From a virus (Duplodnaviria; Caudoviricetes): DNA of 54,055 nucleotides. Numbering within the stretch: the stretch's first letter is position 1; every line of letters starts with the position of its first letter. The stretch covers positions 1-54,055 of the IMG/VR virus record IMGVR_UViG_3300017565_000023; one strand, given 5' to 3'. Position numbers and translations under genes: made by a program. The notes beneath the pieces are model-generated. The model searched no databases. It saw only the letters and a list, made by a program, of their open reading frames with translations, and was not told where the DNA came from. Shown here piece after piece: positions 10,575 to 19,862 of the stretch.

Positions 10575-12258
10575 GCTCCCTCGGGTTGGTGGCCATGTGC
10601 AGTGCGCGCACGCGCGTCTTGCCCATCAGCTCCACCTGCCAGATGTCTGACTTGAAGCCGGACGGCAGGCGATAGACCTGATTGGCCTGCATCACCGGGT
10701 GGTCATAAACCAGCTTGCGGGTGGTTTCACCGTTCTCGCCCACCAGCCATGCCCACACTTTCAGGGTGACCGGCGCTTCATCCGGTCCCACCATGCCGGG
10801 TAGCGGGTCATCAAAGTAAACCCGGTAGCAGGCGAGATTGAGCGGTTTGGGCAGCACCATCTCCTTGGAGCGCCAGCGCCACTCCAGCGGCAGGGCGTTG
10901 GGGGCCAGCCACTCATACAGGTTGCCGTTGGCCAGCAGGAAGGGCTTGCCCGTCCAGATGTCGATGTCGATGTCGACAGCAGCGCCAAGGTCGGTCAGGC
11001 GCACGACGCCGGCGCCAGTCTGGTCGACCGGGTTGAAATAGAAGCCGTCATCGTCGCCGGTGGACGTGCGCACGGCGGTGTAATTGTTGCCGTAGTGGAT
11101 GGCGCGCAGCTGCGCTGGTGTGTACACATCCACCCACTGGTCGCGGTCGACAAGGTGCGATGACGCATCCATGGGGCCGGACTGGCTGAACAGGATCAGG
11201 CCCGCCTCACTGGCATACAGCACACCGTTGAGCGTCGACACGATCGACCGGCGCGACAGGCACGGCGCCGCGGTGGTGTTGGTGACGAAGTTCATGGTGC
11301 TGGCCTTGACGCCGGTGACAGCGGCAGGATGGCCAGACGTGCAGACGACACAGGTGTTGCCAAACACACCAAGGCCAACGATCGGGTATTCCGTCGTCAG
11401 CACATATTCAGCTGGCCATGCATGGGGCCGGTAGTTCTCGGAAAAATACAGATCGTTGCCAACCCACCCCACAAGGATGCCATTCGGCATGGCGATCATC
11501 CCCTGCAGGTCTGCAGGAGGCGGAGCCCACATGATGCTCTCGATCTGGCCGCCGCCGGTCGCCACCGTGTCAGTTGTCGTGTCCGCAAACGTGGTCACGC
11601 CCACATTGACCTCGCCCACCTTGAAGAACGTCGTTGTGCCCGACGTTGCCGTGGTGGTGCGGTAGATGCGGATTTTGGTCACCGGCGCGCGCGAGGGGTC
11701 CGCCACCGGCTGGGGGATGTTGTTCACATTCCATGTGGCGTTGGTGTAGGTCGCGCCCTCCACTGGCGGCGACGGCTGGCTCTCGTGGCCATACTGGTCG
11801 ATGAATGTCACCACGTAAGAGCGCGTCACGATGGTGCCGGAACCGCCCGCGCCAGCCAGCGTCGGAGCCGTCGTCGGGCCGGGCAGTCCCAGTTTGTATG
11901 GCGCGAGGCCGTCAATGATGCGCTGCTTCGGCGACCACAACGGGCCGGTGCTGGGGCTGGCCCAGTAATAGCGGTCGTAGGCGTCGTTGACGATCGGGGA
12001 GCGCACCACGTCCGTATTGACGTCAGAGAACTCCATCCATGTGCTGGACGCCCAGTCCGATATGTCGGCGCCGGGGATGCGGTAGATGCGGCGTGTCGTC
12101 GGCTGCAGGGCGCGGATCAGTTTGGGCGACCCGATGCCCCGCAGGGTGCCTGCATCCACGCGAACATTCTCCGCCTCGACCGCGTTGGGGTCCGGCAGGA
12201 GGCGGGCGTCCTTCACAGGAATTTCGCCCTGAAACACGTTCATACGCAGTGCAGGCAT
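10561..12258 (-). CDS. Tail tubular/nozzle (stabilisation) protein
   Basis: 565 aa, beta-rich; FQGEIPVKDARLLP N-terminus, FSENYRPHAWP, C-terminal WRSK...RLPSGFK; size and position fit. Confidence 0.75.
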   Translation of the reverse strand: MPALRMNVFQGEIPVKDARLLPDPNAVEAENVRVDAGTLRGIGSPKLIRALQPTTRRIYRIPGADISDWASSTWMEFSDVNTDVVRSPIVNDAYDRYYWASPSTGPLWSPKQRIIDGLAPYKLGLPGPTTAPTLAGAGGSGTIVTRSYVVTFIDQYGHESQPSPPVEGATYTNATWNVNNIPQPVADPSRAPVTKIRIYRTTTATSGTTTFFKVGEVNVGVTTFADTTTDTVATGGGQIESIMWAPPPADLQGMIAMPNGILVGWVGNDLYFSENYRPHAWPAEYVLTTEYPIVGLGVFGNTCVVCTSGHPAAVTGVKASTMNFVTNTTAAPCLSRRSIVSTLNGVLYASEAGLILFSQSGPMDASSHLVDRDQWVDVYTPAQLRAIHYGNNYTAVRTSTGDDDGFYFNPVDQTGAGVVRLTDLGAAVDIDIDIWTGKPFLLANGNLYEWLAPNALPLEWRWRSKEMVLPKPLNLACYRVYFDDPLPGMVGPDEAPVTLKVWAWLVGENGETTRKLVYDHPVMQANQVYRLPSGFKSDIWQVELMGKTRVRALHMATNPRELVRV

Positions 12259-12277
12259 TGCTTACCCCAGAAGGTAA

Positions 12278-12703
12278 TTACTTGGCCAGAAGGTCATCCA
12301 GCCCGGCGTTGAACGAAGCGTCCAGCTCTGCCGCCTGACCTTCAGGCTTGGCCTTGGCTTTGCCACGCTTCGGCTTGGCGGGCGCTTCATCCTTGGCTTC
12401 AGGTTCTGCGGCGGGCGCAGGGGTTTCAGCCGGGGTCTCGCCATCGGTCACCTGCTGCATGGCCTCGACAGTCTTGGCGCTGGGGGTGACCTTCACCTCC
12501 TCGAACTGCACGCCGGGCTCGGTCTTCTCGGGCTTCGGCGGTTTGGCCGGGCGCGCCGGAGCCGTGGCGGCGTGACGCTTCAGCCGGGCGGCGCCGGCCT
12601 CCATCTCGGCGTTGCGGCGCGAGCGCTCTCCGCCCCCACGCTCCTCAAGCCGGCGCTTGCCAGCCTCAATCTCCAGATCGGTCTGCGTCTTTTCCGGTTC
12701 CAT
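12278..12703 (-). CDS. Hypothetical protein (charged, Pro/Ala/Lys-rich)
   Basis: 141-aa ORF filling the gap; GAGGA Shine-Dalgarno upstream on the minus strand. Confidence 0.65.
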   Translation of the reverse strand: MEPEKTQTDLEIEAGKRRLEERGGGERSRRNAEMEAGAARLKRHAATAPARPAKPPKPEKTEPGVQFEEVKVTPSAKTVEAMQQVTDGETPAETPAPAAEPEAKDEAPAKPKRGKAKAKPEGQAAELDASFNAGLDDLLAK

Positions 12704-12713
12704 GGTGTCGTCC

Positions 12714-13601
12714 TCACGGCGTGAATGGGGGCAGCTTCATGATGTAAGCCAGCGCATAGTAAGGCGGGATCGTGCTGACTGTCACGTTGTGCGCGTGGTT
12801 GCCATCCGTCCCGATGCCATGGGCGTGCGCCTCGTTGCCGCCAGCGTTGGACAGCCAGATGCCGGTGCCGTTGCCGCTGATCCAGATGCCGGTGCCGACA
12901 TGCTCGGTGCGCGCGCCCTTGACACCATATCGCGCCACCGCGCCGCCGGGCGCCAGCAGGCCGCCATCGCCAACGGTCTCGTAATAATGGCTGTGGCCCG
13001 GGTCGTTGACGCCATGGCCATGGCCCGGGTCGTTGACGCCGTGGTTGTGCGCGGGCATTTGGCCCCACGACAACTGGTGGCCCGCTGTCGCGCCGCCGTG
13101 CGAATGGGCTCCTGCAGCCGTGGTTGTGAAGGCGCCGCCGGTGGAGCCGCCCACGGCGCCGGGCGCGTAGGTGTTGCCCGCTGCGATGATGAATTTGTCG
13201 GTCAGGTTGGGCGTGCCATTCTGGCCGTTGCAGATGGCCCAGCCCACCGGGATGCTGGCGATGGTGCCTGACCACATGCCGATGAAGCCGGTCGGCAGTG
13301 TGCTGGTTGCCGCGGCGAGCGCGGCGGTCAGGCCGTTGACGTCGCTGATCTCATGGTGGTGGCCCAGCGGAGAATAGCCGGACAGGGCCGTGTTCATCTG
13401 GGTCGCGGTGGGGCGCGCCGCCAGCGCGGTGTCGATCTGCAGGATGTCGCCAACCAGAAGCAGCCCGTTGGAGCTGATGCTGGGCGGCACGCCAAGGTGC
13501 ATGCGGCGGGAATGGAAGTTGACGCTCAGTGCGCCTTCCGCAACCGAGTTGGGGGCCGGATCGCCAGCAACCACTGCGTCACTCAATACCAGCATGATCA
13601 A
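12714..13601 (-). CDS. Short tail fibre / tail-collar-domain protein
   Basis: GFIGMWSG...PVGWAICNGQNGTPNLTDKF collar motif, repeated HxH motifs (HSH, HNH, HGH, HAH), C-terminal PPYYALAYIMK. Confidence 0.8.
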   Translation of the reverse strand: MIMLVLSDAVVAGDPAPNSVAEGALSVNFHSRRMHLGVPPSISSNGLLLVGDILQIDTALAARPTATQMNTALSGYSPLGHHHEISDVNGLTAALAAATSTLPTGFIGMWSGTIASIPVGWAICNGQNGTPNLTDKFIIAAGNTYAPGAVGGSTGGAFTTTAAGAHSHGGATAGHQLSWGQMPAHNHGVNDPGHGHGVNDPGHSHYYETVGDGGLLAPGGAVARYGVKGARTEHVGTGIWISGNGTGIWLSNAGGNEAHAHGIGTDGNHAHNVTVSTIPPYYALAYIMKLPPFTP

Positions 13602-13948
13602 CCCCCAAGCCAGACAAGGATGGCTTTTCCGTAACTGGCCACCAGCATTGTCGCTCCTGACGATGCGGCCACTGCAACAGCCATACCACCTGTGGTGCGC
13701 TGTTCCCAGCGCCTCACCTTCTCGATGATCGGATAAACATCGCGCTCCAGCTTCTTACCCATGGAGGTAAGATCGCTCTCCAGCCGGTAGGTGCGGCGGT
13801 CGACGTTATCCAGCTTCTCGCGCACGGAAGCGCGCTCGCTGTCGGCTGAAGCCGCCGCCTGCTGGCTCTCGCGCCGGAGCGCGCGCACCTCAGACGTCAG
13901 CTCGCCAATGGCCCGATACAGGGATGCGGTTTCCGTGCCGGGGGCCAT
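13598..13948 (-). CDS. DUF1515-like coiled-coil membrane protein (holin candidate)
   Basis: Start MAPGTETASLYRAIGEL; coiled coil followed by a C-terminal hydrophobic helix; directly after the spanins. Confidence 0.55.
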   Translation of the reverse strand: MAPGTETASLYRAIGELTSEVRALRRESQQAAASADSERASVREKLDNVDRRTYRLESDLTSMGKKLERDVYPIIEKVRRWEQRTTGGMAVAVAASSGATMLVASYGKAILVWLGG

Positions 13949-13950
13949 CT

Positions 13951-14220
13951 TCAGCCCCCACGCTTCCAGCAACCCCGCGAGGCGCCAAACTGATCGGTTG
14001 CCGATACCCATTGGGCCAGAGCCTTTTCGCGCTGCACCAGCGCCACGGGATCATTTGCCCTTGGCGGCTGGGTCCATCCCGCGCAGCTGTTGGCACTGGT
14101 CTGGCAACCCGCCAAGATCAAGGCACAGCTGATAGTCGCTGCCAGTGCGAACACGCGCGTCAATGTCGCTGCGTTCACGGTATGCCTCAACGCTGGATTT
14201 GAGCTGGTCGACCTGTCCAT
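13951..14220 (-). CDS. o-spanin (Rz1-like lipoprotein); exact start uncertain
   Basis: Hydrophobic stretch ending in lipobox ILAGC; overlaps the i-spanin gene in another frame. Confidence 0.65.
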   Translation of the reverse strand: MDRSTSSNPALRHTVNAATLTRVFALAATISCALILAGCQTSANSCAGWTQPPRANDPVALVQREKALAQWVSATDQFGASRGCWKRGG

Positions 14221-14311
14221 CGTTTTTACCTTTCAGGTAACCGGCGCCGAACAGGGCCGCTGCCAGCGCCAATGCACCAGCAGCCAAAAGCAATGGGGCA
14301 TAGGCATTCAT
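14051..14311 (-). CDS. i-spanin (Rz-like)
   Basis: N-terminal TM helix ending GAGYLKG, then a short periplasmic domain with two Cys; directly after the endolysin. Confidence 0.7.
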   Translation of the reverse strand: MNAYAPLLLAAGALALAAALFGAGYLKGKNDGQVDQLKSSVEAYRERSDIDARVRTGSDYQLCLDLGGLPDQCQQLRGMDPAAKGK

Positions 14312-15177
14312 TGTGCAACCTCCGCCCCGGGGATGTCCAGGTTGTCAGCGCGAGCTACAGCTTGACGGTTGCGGAAATATCGCAATACCAAGCCGCCCAC
14401 TGTCAACAGCGCGCTGGCGACAACCAGCATGGCGACCAGCCGGCCAATCCACTCGGACCCGGCGGACATCGGCAGGAGGCTGTCGCGGGCCTGCTCCAGC
14501 ACCACGCTGATGCCACCCAGTCCAAGGCCGGCGCCGGTGGAGACATCGGCCGCGCCAGTGCCCGGCGCCACGACGGCGTCGCTGATGAGCGCGCGGGCGT
14601 TGCCACCTTCAGCCACCGCGGCGGTGGAGATTTGCGGCCCGACAGAGCCACGCGCCCACGCCTGCCCGGTCTTGCGAACATCATTCACGCGGGTCGTCCA
14701 GCCCTTGCCAAATGTCGGCCACGTCTTCAGCTCCTGCAGGAACGCCATGCGCCGCACACAGATGTCAGCAATCAGCTTGTCGTGGTCATTGATCTTGGCG
14801 ACCTCGGACAGCGTCACAGCGCCGACGGCGCCGTCCACATTGACGTTGCGCTTGTTGATGGCGCGCTGCAGCCACTTCACTGACTGCACCGGGCCGCTGT
14901 TCACGGCGCCGTCGAACACCACATAGTCGACGCCGGCCGGCAGGTCGTCGCCCTTGATCTTGTCCCAGTACTGCTGGCGGTAGATGGCGCGGACCTCGTC
15001 GTTGGAGATGAGGTAGACGTCCTGCTTGCGCTGGTTCAACCGGGCGCGGTAGGCGTCATATACCCGCTGGGTAACGCCCATGTTGGTGCGGCCGCCCGGG
15101 TCCTTCGGGTGGTCCACCTTGCCACCCTCGTGCTTCAGCAGGGCGACCATACAGCGATCGAAATTTTCCCGGGCCAT
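14308..15177 (-). CDS. Endolysin, glycoside hydrolase family 108 with peptidoglycan-binding domain and C-terminal hydrophobic helices
   Basis: HEGG...DPGGRTNMGVT, YRQQYWD, FDGAVNSG, FGKGWTTRV motifs. Confidence 0.92.
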   Translation of the reverse strand: MARENFDRCMVALLKHEGGKVDHPKDPGGRTNMGVTQRVYDAYRARLNQRKQDVYLISNDEVRAIYRQQYWDKIKGDDLPAGVDYVVFDGAVNSGPVQSVKWLQRAINKRNVNVDGAVGAVTLSEVAKINDHDKLIADICVRRMAFLQELKTWPTFGKGWTTRVNDVRKTGQAWARGSVGPQISTAAVAEGGNARALISDAVVAPGTGAADVSTGAGLGLGGISVVLEQARDSLLPMSAGSEWIGRLVAMLVVASALLTVGGLVLRYFRNRQAVARADNLDIPGAEVAQ

Positions 15178-15187
15178 GAACTGCTCC

Positions 15188-15703
15188 TCAGTGCGACGCC
15201 GCCATCAGGACGGCCCAAATGCAGCCACACGCCAGATCAGATGCTGGAACAGCGGCTTTCGGGAACACCCTCCACGCGATTGCATACATACCCGCCATCA
15301 GGAAAGCGACGGGGATGGTGAGCATCACGTAGATGAAATCCCGGTGGATATATGCCAGCATGGCCATCATCGGCAGGATGGCCATCATGCGGATGGTCAG
15401 GGCGCCGAAATAGCTGCCGTGCGCCAGCTTCAGCAACACGGCTTCCGTCTTGGTCGGCTGGCGCGGCGGCGTGTAATAGCCCAGCGTGATCAGGTAGCCC
15501 CACGACGGAACGCGCCACAGCAGGAACGCCATGCCGAACAGCATACCCCACAGATAGCTGTCGGCGACCACACAGGCGGCCATGATTACCCCGGGGGTAA
15601 CATACCAGAGCGGGCGGCCGGGGAGGCCGGTCTTGAACTCGTCAACCCCGGCGATGCGGTTCATCACCGCCATAAAAATGATCGCGCCGATGAACTGCAC
15701 CAT
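15188..15703 (-). CDS. Multi-pass membrane protein, unknown function
   Basis: 171 aa with several hydrophobic segments, directly upstream of the endolysin. Confidence 0.7.
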   Translation of the reverse strand: MVQFIGAIIFMAVMNRIAGVDEFKTGLPGRPLWYVTPGVIMAACVVADSYLWGMLFGMAFLLWRVPSWGYLITLGYYTPPRQPTKTEAVLLKLAHGSYFGALTIRMMAILPMMAMLAYIHRDFIYVMLTIPVAFLMAGMYAIAWRVFPKAAVPASDLACGCIWAVLMAASH

Positions 15704-15706
15704 AGG

Positions 15707-15838
15707 TCACCTGTTCTGGTACTGGACAACCTTGTAGAGCTGGCTGGCGCTGTCCCGGCGCGTGCAGCCGGCAGCGAGTGCGGCGAAGCCAAACAGGAAC
15801 GCCACCATGGCGACCATGATCCAGTCTGAACGGTTCAT
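15707..15838 (-). CDS. Small putative lipoprotein (43 aa)
   Basis: My translation MNRSDWIMVAMVAFLFGFAALAAGCTRRDSASQLYKVVQYQNR*; AAGC lipobox; fills the gap, ATG overlaps the upstream stop. Confidence 0.55.
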   Translation of the reverse strand: MNRSDWIMVAMVAFLFGFAALAAGCTRRDSASQLYKVVQYQNR

Positions 15839-16212
15839 GCCAGCAACTCCGCTGCGCGTTGGGCGCCGAACGCCTGAATGAATGCGCCCTCAATCATCGG
15901 ATAGAAGTCGTCATCCGTGCTGACATACTGGGCGTTGGCCCAAATTTGCTGCAGGCGGATGGACTGCTGCCCGAGGATGGTGACAATGGTTTCCGCTTCA
16001 TCGTCATCAGCCCGACGGAAAATGTCCGCCTTGTAAATCTGGCGCGGCGGTGCGGGCGGCGGGACGTAGGCTTCAATGAAACCCCCCGCCGCCACAAACT
16101 GCAGGATGTCCTGCCAGAACCGATGCTCCGGCGTGATGCCTGACCACTCAACCCCGTCAATAGGGCCGGCAGTAACCGTGCCATCAGCAGCATATTGCGC
16201 CCGTGTGATCAT
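15835..16212 (-). CDS. Tail-fibre-associated (assembly/chaperone-like) protein
   Basis: Directly downstream of the tail fibre; AAGGFIEAYVPPPAP and FGAQRAAELLA motifs typical of fibre-adjacent genes. Confidence 0.6.
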   Translation of the reverse strand: MITRAQYAADGTVTAGPIDGVEWSGITPEHRFWQDILQFVAAGGFIEAYVPPPAPPRQIYKADIFRRADDDEAETIVTILGQQSIRLQQIWANAQYVSTDDDFYPMIEGAFIQAFGAQRAAELLA

Positions 16213-16213
16213 G

Positions 16214-19200
16214 TTAAAGCTCCGCGTCTGCTATGGCCCTTACACCAAACATCCAACCCTGACCTGTGGCTGTTGCTGTAATGAAGAATGTGGCTGATCT
16301 TTCTGAAAAATAACCGAAGCGTTGATTATTTACGTTACCAGTGTCATCCCAAGACAATACAGTCATAGTTGGTATTATTCGTTTCTGGACAGCGAATGCC
16401 ACTCGGCAAGAATACGAAGTGGGAGTCAACGTAGTGTACCCCGATGCGGCTATACTAGTTAGTAGTTCATAATATCTTTGGCACAGCGCCAACTCCTGTT
16501 GATAATGTCTTTGTTCAAATGGATCATCTTCAGCAGTCGCATCACCTTCAACGAGCGACAAGTGTGCAATATCAAAAGTACCAGACTGTACACCAAGACT
16601 ATTGGTAGATCCGTTCCAAGTAGACCCGTTGGACAACCAAATATTAACTGATGTGTAGTCAGCAGTGGAACCTAGTATTTTTCCAGCGATAGACGGTACA
16701 TCTACCACCGTTTGACACTTAGTCCACGTAGTCCCAATAGAGAACTTCTTAACACCAATCCCGTCCACTTGAGTAGAACCGCCAGAGCCAAAATTTTGTG
16801 AAAGTTCCACACTAATAGATTTTGTAGCATTTGCCTTGGCGTAGAAAGTTACCGTAACTTTCTTGCCAGATAAAATACGTGCGTTCTCAATAGCTTGGGC
16901 AACAACATGATAGTTACTTGCAGCAGACCCACCTACTATGGTGTTTCTTAAAAATCTAATAGGATTACCCGGAACATCAGTTTGTCCAAGGGTAAAACTT
17001 ACTTGAGATACTGACTGTGAACCTCCCTCGAATGAGCAATTAAATCTGTCTACTGATCCATACCCAGCAGTGGTTTGAGTAGAGCCTCGCTGCCATATCG
17101 TAAAATCACCATTGATGATTTTGTTACGATAACCAGAAAGAACTCCAGCGCCGGCGTTGGCGCGTGCAATTCCCTTGCTCGCTTCCGTCAATGACTGGAG
17201 TGCATCGTAGCGCACTGCCTTGGCAGCGACCTCCGCTGACACTGCGGCACCAGTGGGGCGATCATCCAGCGCAGCCTGCAAACCTGTCACTGTAGCGATA
17301 GCCTGCGCGCCCGTATGGTTGGCGCGGCTCAACAAGGCAGCAGCCGTATAACCAGCGCTTTTAGCCAGCTTACCCGTGGTGCCATTGAATGCCATCAGCT
17401 CGTCAGTGACGGCGGTAGCAGGACCTGCCACCTTGCCATCCAGCGCTGTCTGCAGGCCGGTGATTGTGGCAATGGCCTGCACGCCGGTATGCGTCGCCCG
17501 GTCGCGCAGCTGGGCGTCGGTGGCGTTGGCGGTGGCGCCGTCGGCCATACCGTTCAGGCGCACCTTGTCGGCGGCGGACATGAAGCCCGCAACCGTCGTG
17601 GTCACAGCCGCGTGCGCCGCGCCGCCGGCGCCGATGTGAGCAGCCAGCGTGTCTCCTGATGCCTTGGCGTCCAGTTGCCCCTGCAAGCCGGCGATCGTGG
17701 AGATAGCCTGTGTGCCGGTGTGGTTGGCGCGGCTCAACATGCTGGAAATGGAATAACCACCATCCTTGACCAGCCCGCCAGTCACGCCGTCGAACACGGC
17801 GACATTGGTGTCCGTTGCGGCGCCCGGGCCGGACACCTTGGCGTTCAGCGCTGTCTGCAGGCCGGTGATTGTGGCAATGGCCTGCACGCCGGTATGCGTC
17901 GCCCGGTCGCGCAGCTGGGCGTCGGTGGCGTTGGCGGTGGCGCCGTCGGCCATGCCGTTCAGGCGCACCTTGTCGGCGGCGGACATGAAGCCCGCAACCG
18001 TCGTGGTCACAGCCGCGTGCGCCGCGCCGCCGGCGCCGACATGGCTGGACGGGGCAAACGCCGTGGAGGGAGACAACGCGGCGGAGCCAAGCCCCAGATG
18101 GTCACGCGCCGCGGCGGGGTCTGTCAGCTCGGACAGGTTGTTTGCCGCGAGCATGTCACCCGTGCCCGCGCCCGCTGGCCCCTGCGGTAGCTGCATATCC
18201 ATCTTGTATGTTCCAGCAGCCACTGGAACAATCTGGACATCAGCGGGGGTGTTCGGCGGCAGGGTGGTGATCGTGCCCGTCTGCAGGATCGGCGCCGGAC
18301 CAACGGAGCCGGTATAGCCCTGCGGAATGCCAAAGTTGATCGAATAGTGACCCTCGCCAAGGTTGGTGATCGACACCGTGGCGGGAGAGGACGGGGGCAG
18401 CGTCGTGACCGCGCCGGTGCTGATGTCCGGCGGCGGGCCGTCATAGCCGCGCGGGATCAGGAAGTCGGCGGTGTAGGTGTCGACACCGTCGAAGCTGAAC
18501 GAGATGTTGGCGTCGGACCCGGCGTCGCCGGTCGTCACCGTACCTACCTGCAGGGTAGGCATGGGGCCAGCGATGCCCTGCGCGCCGTCGGGTACGGACA
18601 GGTCAACGCGGAAGGATGTCGGGCTGATCTGCACGACGTTGACCGCCGGCGGCTGGCCATGGGCCACAGACGTCGCCGTGCCGCCCACCATGGTGGGGGC
18701 GACGCCGGGCTGGCCGCGCGGGATGTTCATGTCCATCAGGTAGCCGCCGGCGACGGGCCGCAGCTGCACCTGTAGCGGGCTGGTGTAAGGCGAGTGGACG
18801 ACGTTGCCCACGCCAAGCTCCGGCGCCGGGCCGGGCGGACCAACGAAGTCGGTCGCCGGGACCCATGAGCCATCTGATGCGAGCATGCGCAGGGCGCCGG
18901 CGCCGGGCGCAGGAACAAGCCCCTTGCCGCCCTCGGAGAACACCGAGAACCGCGACATGATGTTGGCCGGCGACTGGCCCACGGGCACAGCAATGGCCGG
19001 CGTCAGGTTGGCCATGATGGTGTCAGGCGCCGCCATCTGCTGGTTGCGCAGGTCAGCCAGCATCGCCGACGTGATCCGGCAGGAGACTTCCGCGCCGGCG
19101 GCGAACGCCTTGGCGGTGGTCCCCTCGCGGGCGCGCACGATGGTCATGGTGTCGCCCGCCCGGGCGGTGACATAGACGATCTCCAGCACGCGCGTGCGCC

Positions 19201-19345
19201 GGTCTTCGATGGTCAGCGCGAACACGTCGGAGCCAGACGGCGACGGGAACAGCGCGCCGGAACCGATCTCGACCTGCAGCGACGTCGCGCCAGTGGTCAG
19301 GCTGGTGCGGAGCTGGGCGACTGCGTTGTTTGCGTAAAGAAACAT
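16214..19345 (-). CDS. Long tail fibre / receptor-binding protein
   Basis: 1043 aa. N-terminal YANNA...RAREGT anchor, IPxG repeats, GDMLAANNLSEL..ARDHLGL, RANHTG repeats, C-terminal RNKIINGDFTIWQRG...ELALCQRYY module. Confidence 0.9.
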   Translation of the reverse strand: MFLYANNAVAQLRTSLTTGATSLQVEIGSGALFPSPSGSDVFALTIEDRRTRVLEIVYVTARAGDTMTIVRAREGTTAKAFAAGAEVSCRITSAMLADLRNQQMAAPDTIMANLTPAIAVPVGQSPANIMSRFSVFSEGGKGLVPAPGAGALRMLASDGSWVPATDFVGPPGPAPELGVGNVVHSPYTSPLQVQLRPVAGGYLMDMNIPRGQPGVAPTMVGGTATSVAHGQPPAVNVVQISPTSFRVDLSVPDGAQGIAGPMPTLQVGTVTTGDAGSDANISFSFDGVDTYTADFLIPRGYDGPPPDISTGAVTTLPPSSPATVSITNLGEGHYSINFGIPQGYTGSVGPAPILQTGTITTLPPNTPADVQIVPVAAGTYKMDMQLPQGPAGAGTGDMLAANNLSELTDPAAARDHLGLGSAALSPSTAFAPSSHVGAGGAAHAAVTTTVAGFMSAADKVRLNGMADGATANATDAQLRDRATHTGVQAIATITGLQTALNAKVSGPGAATDTNVAVFDGVTGGLVKDGGYSISSMLSRANHTGTQAISTIAGLQGQLDAKASGDTLAAHIGAGGAAHAAVTTTVAGFMSAADKVRLNGMADGATANATDAQLRDRATHTGVQAIATITGLQTALDGKVAGPATAVTDELMAFNGTTGKLAKSAGYTAAALLSRANHTGAQAIATVTGLQAALDDRPTGAAVSAEVAAKAVRYDALQSLTEASKGIARANAGAGVLSGYRNKIINGDFTIWQRGSTQTTAGYGSVDRFNCSFEGGSQSVSQVSFTLGQTDVPGNPIRFLRNTIVGGSAASNYHVVAQAIENARILSGKKVTVTFYAKANATKSISVELSQNFGSGGSTQVDGIGVKKFSIGTTWTKCQTVVDVPSIAGKILGSTADYTSVNIWLSNGSTWNGSTNSLGVQSGTFDIAHLSLVEGDATAEDDPFEQRHYQQELALCQRYYELLTSIAASGYTTLTPTSYSCRVAFAVQKRIIPTMTVLSWDDTGNVNNQRFGYFSERSATFFITATATGQGWMFGVRAIADAEL
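17441..18039. repeat. 194-bp direct repeat inside the tail fibre gene (17441-17634 and 17846-18039)
   Basis: Base-by-base comparison shows one synonymous mismatch; offset 405 bp (135 codons). Confidence 0.95.
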
Positions 19346-19638
19346 CAGGGAGCCACCACGTTGATCAGGAGAGGATGTTCCTTCACCTGCGCCTCAGTTG
19401 TCGATGCGATGCACCGGACCTTGTATTGCTGGCCCTGCACGCCACCAGTGACCAGCAGAATGGCCAGCTTGCCAGACACGTCCGTGTAGGCGCTGGGCAC
19501 CTCCAGCACGGGCGTGGTCGCCGGACTGACTGCGATCTGGATGTCAGTCAGGGTCTCGCTGTCGGCAAGCCAGCGGCTGTAGTCGATCGTGTAGAACTTG
19601 CGCTCAATCGGGGTCTTGTTGTGGATCGCCATTACCAA
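19345..19638 (-). CDS. Fibre-tail adaptor-like virion protein
   Basis: KTPIERKFYTIDYSRWL...GGVQGQQYKV pattern; directly upstream of the fibre. Confidence 0.65.
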   Translation of the reverse strand: MVMAIHNKTPIERKFYTIDYSRWLADSETLTDIQIAVSPATTPVLEVPSAYTDVSGKLAILLVTGGVQGQQYKVRCIASTTEAQVKEHPLLINVVAP

Positions 19639-19862
19639 CCCCTTCGCACGATGTCTTTGCGGAACTCGGGAGCAACCGTGTCCTGTCGCCGCTCGCAGGG
19701 CACACAGTCGTCAATCCTGAACTGGGCCTTTTCCAGCAGCACCAGCGGCGCCGGGATCGTGCCCGTGATGGCCGCAAACACAATGTCCGGGGCCGCATAG
19801 ACGCCGTTGATCGGCGCGCCGTTGATCGGGCCGTCGTTGATGATGCTCATGGCCTGATCCAC
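19632..19862 (-). CDS. Small virion-module hypothetical protein
   Basis: INDGPINGAPING repeat N-terminus; overlaps neighbours. Confidence 0.55.
   Translation of the reverse strand: MDQAMSIINDGPINGAPINGVYAAPDIVFAAITGTIPAPLVLLEKAQFRIDDCVPCERRQDTVAPEFRKDIVRRGW

Noticed and set aside
16214-18039. Diversity-generating retroelement acting on the tail fibre
   Set aside because: No reverse transcriptase in the window; the 194-bp repeat is in the shaft with a single synonymous mismatch, not a template/variable pair at the C-terminus.
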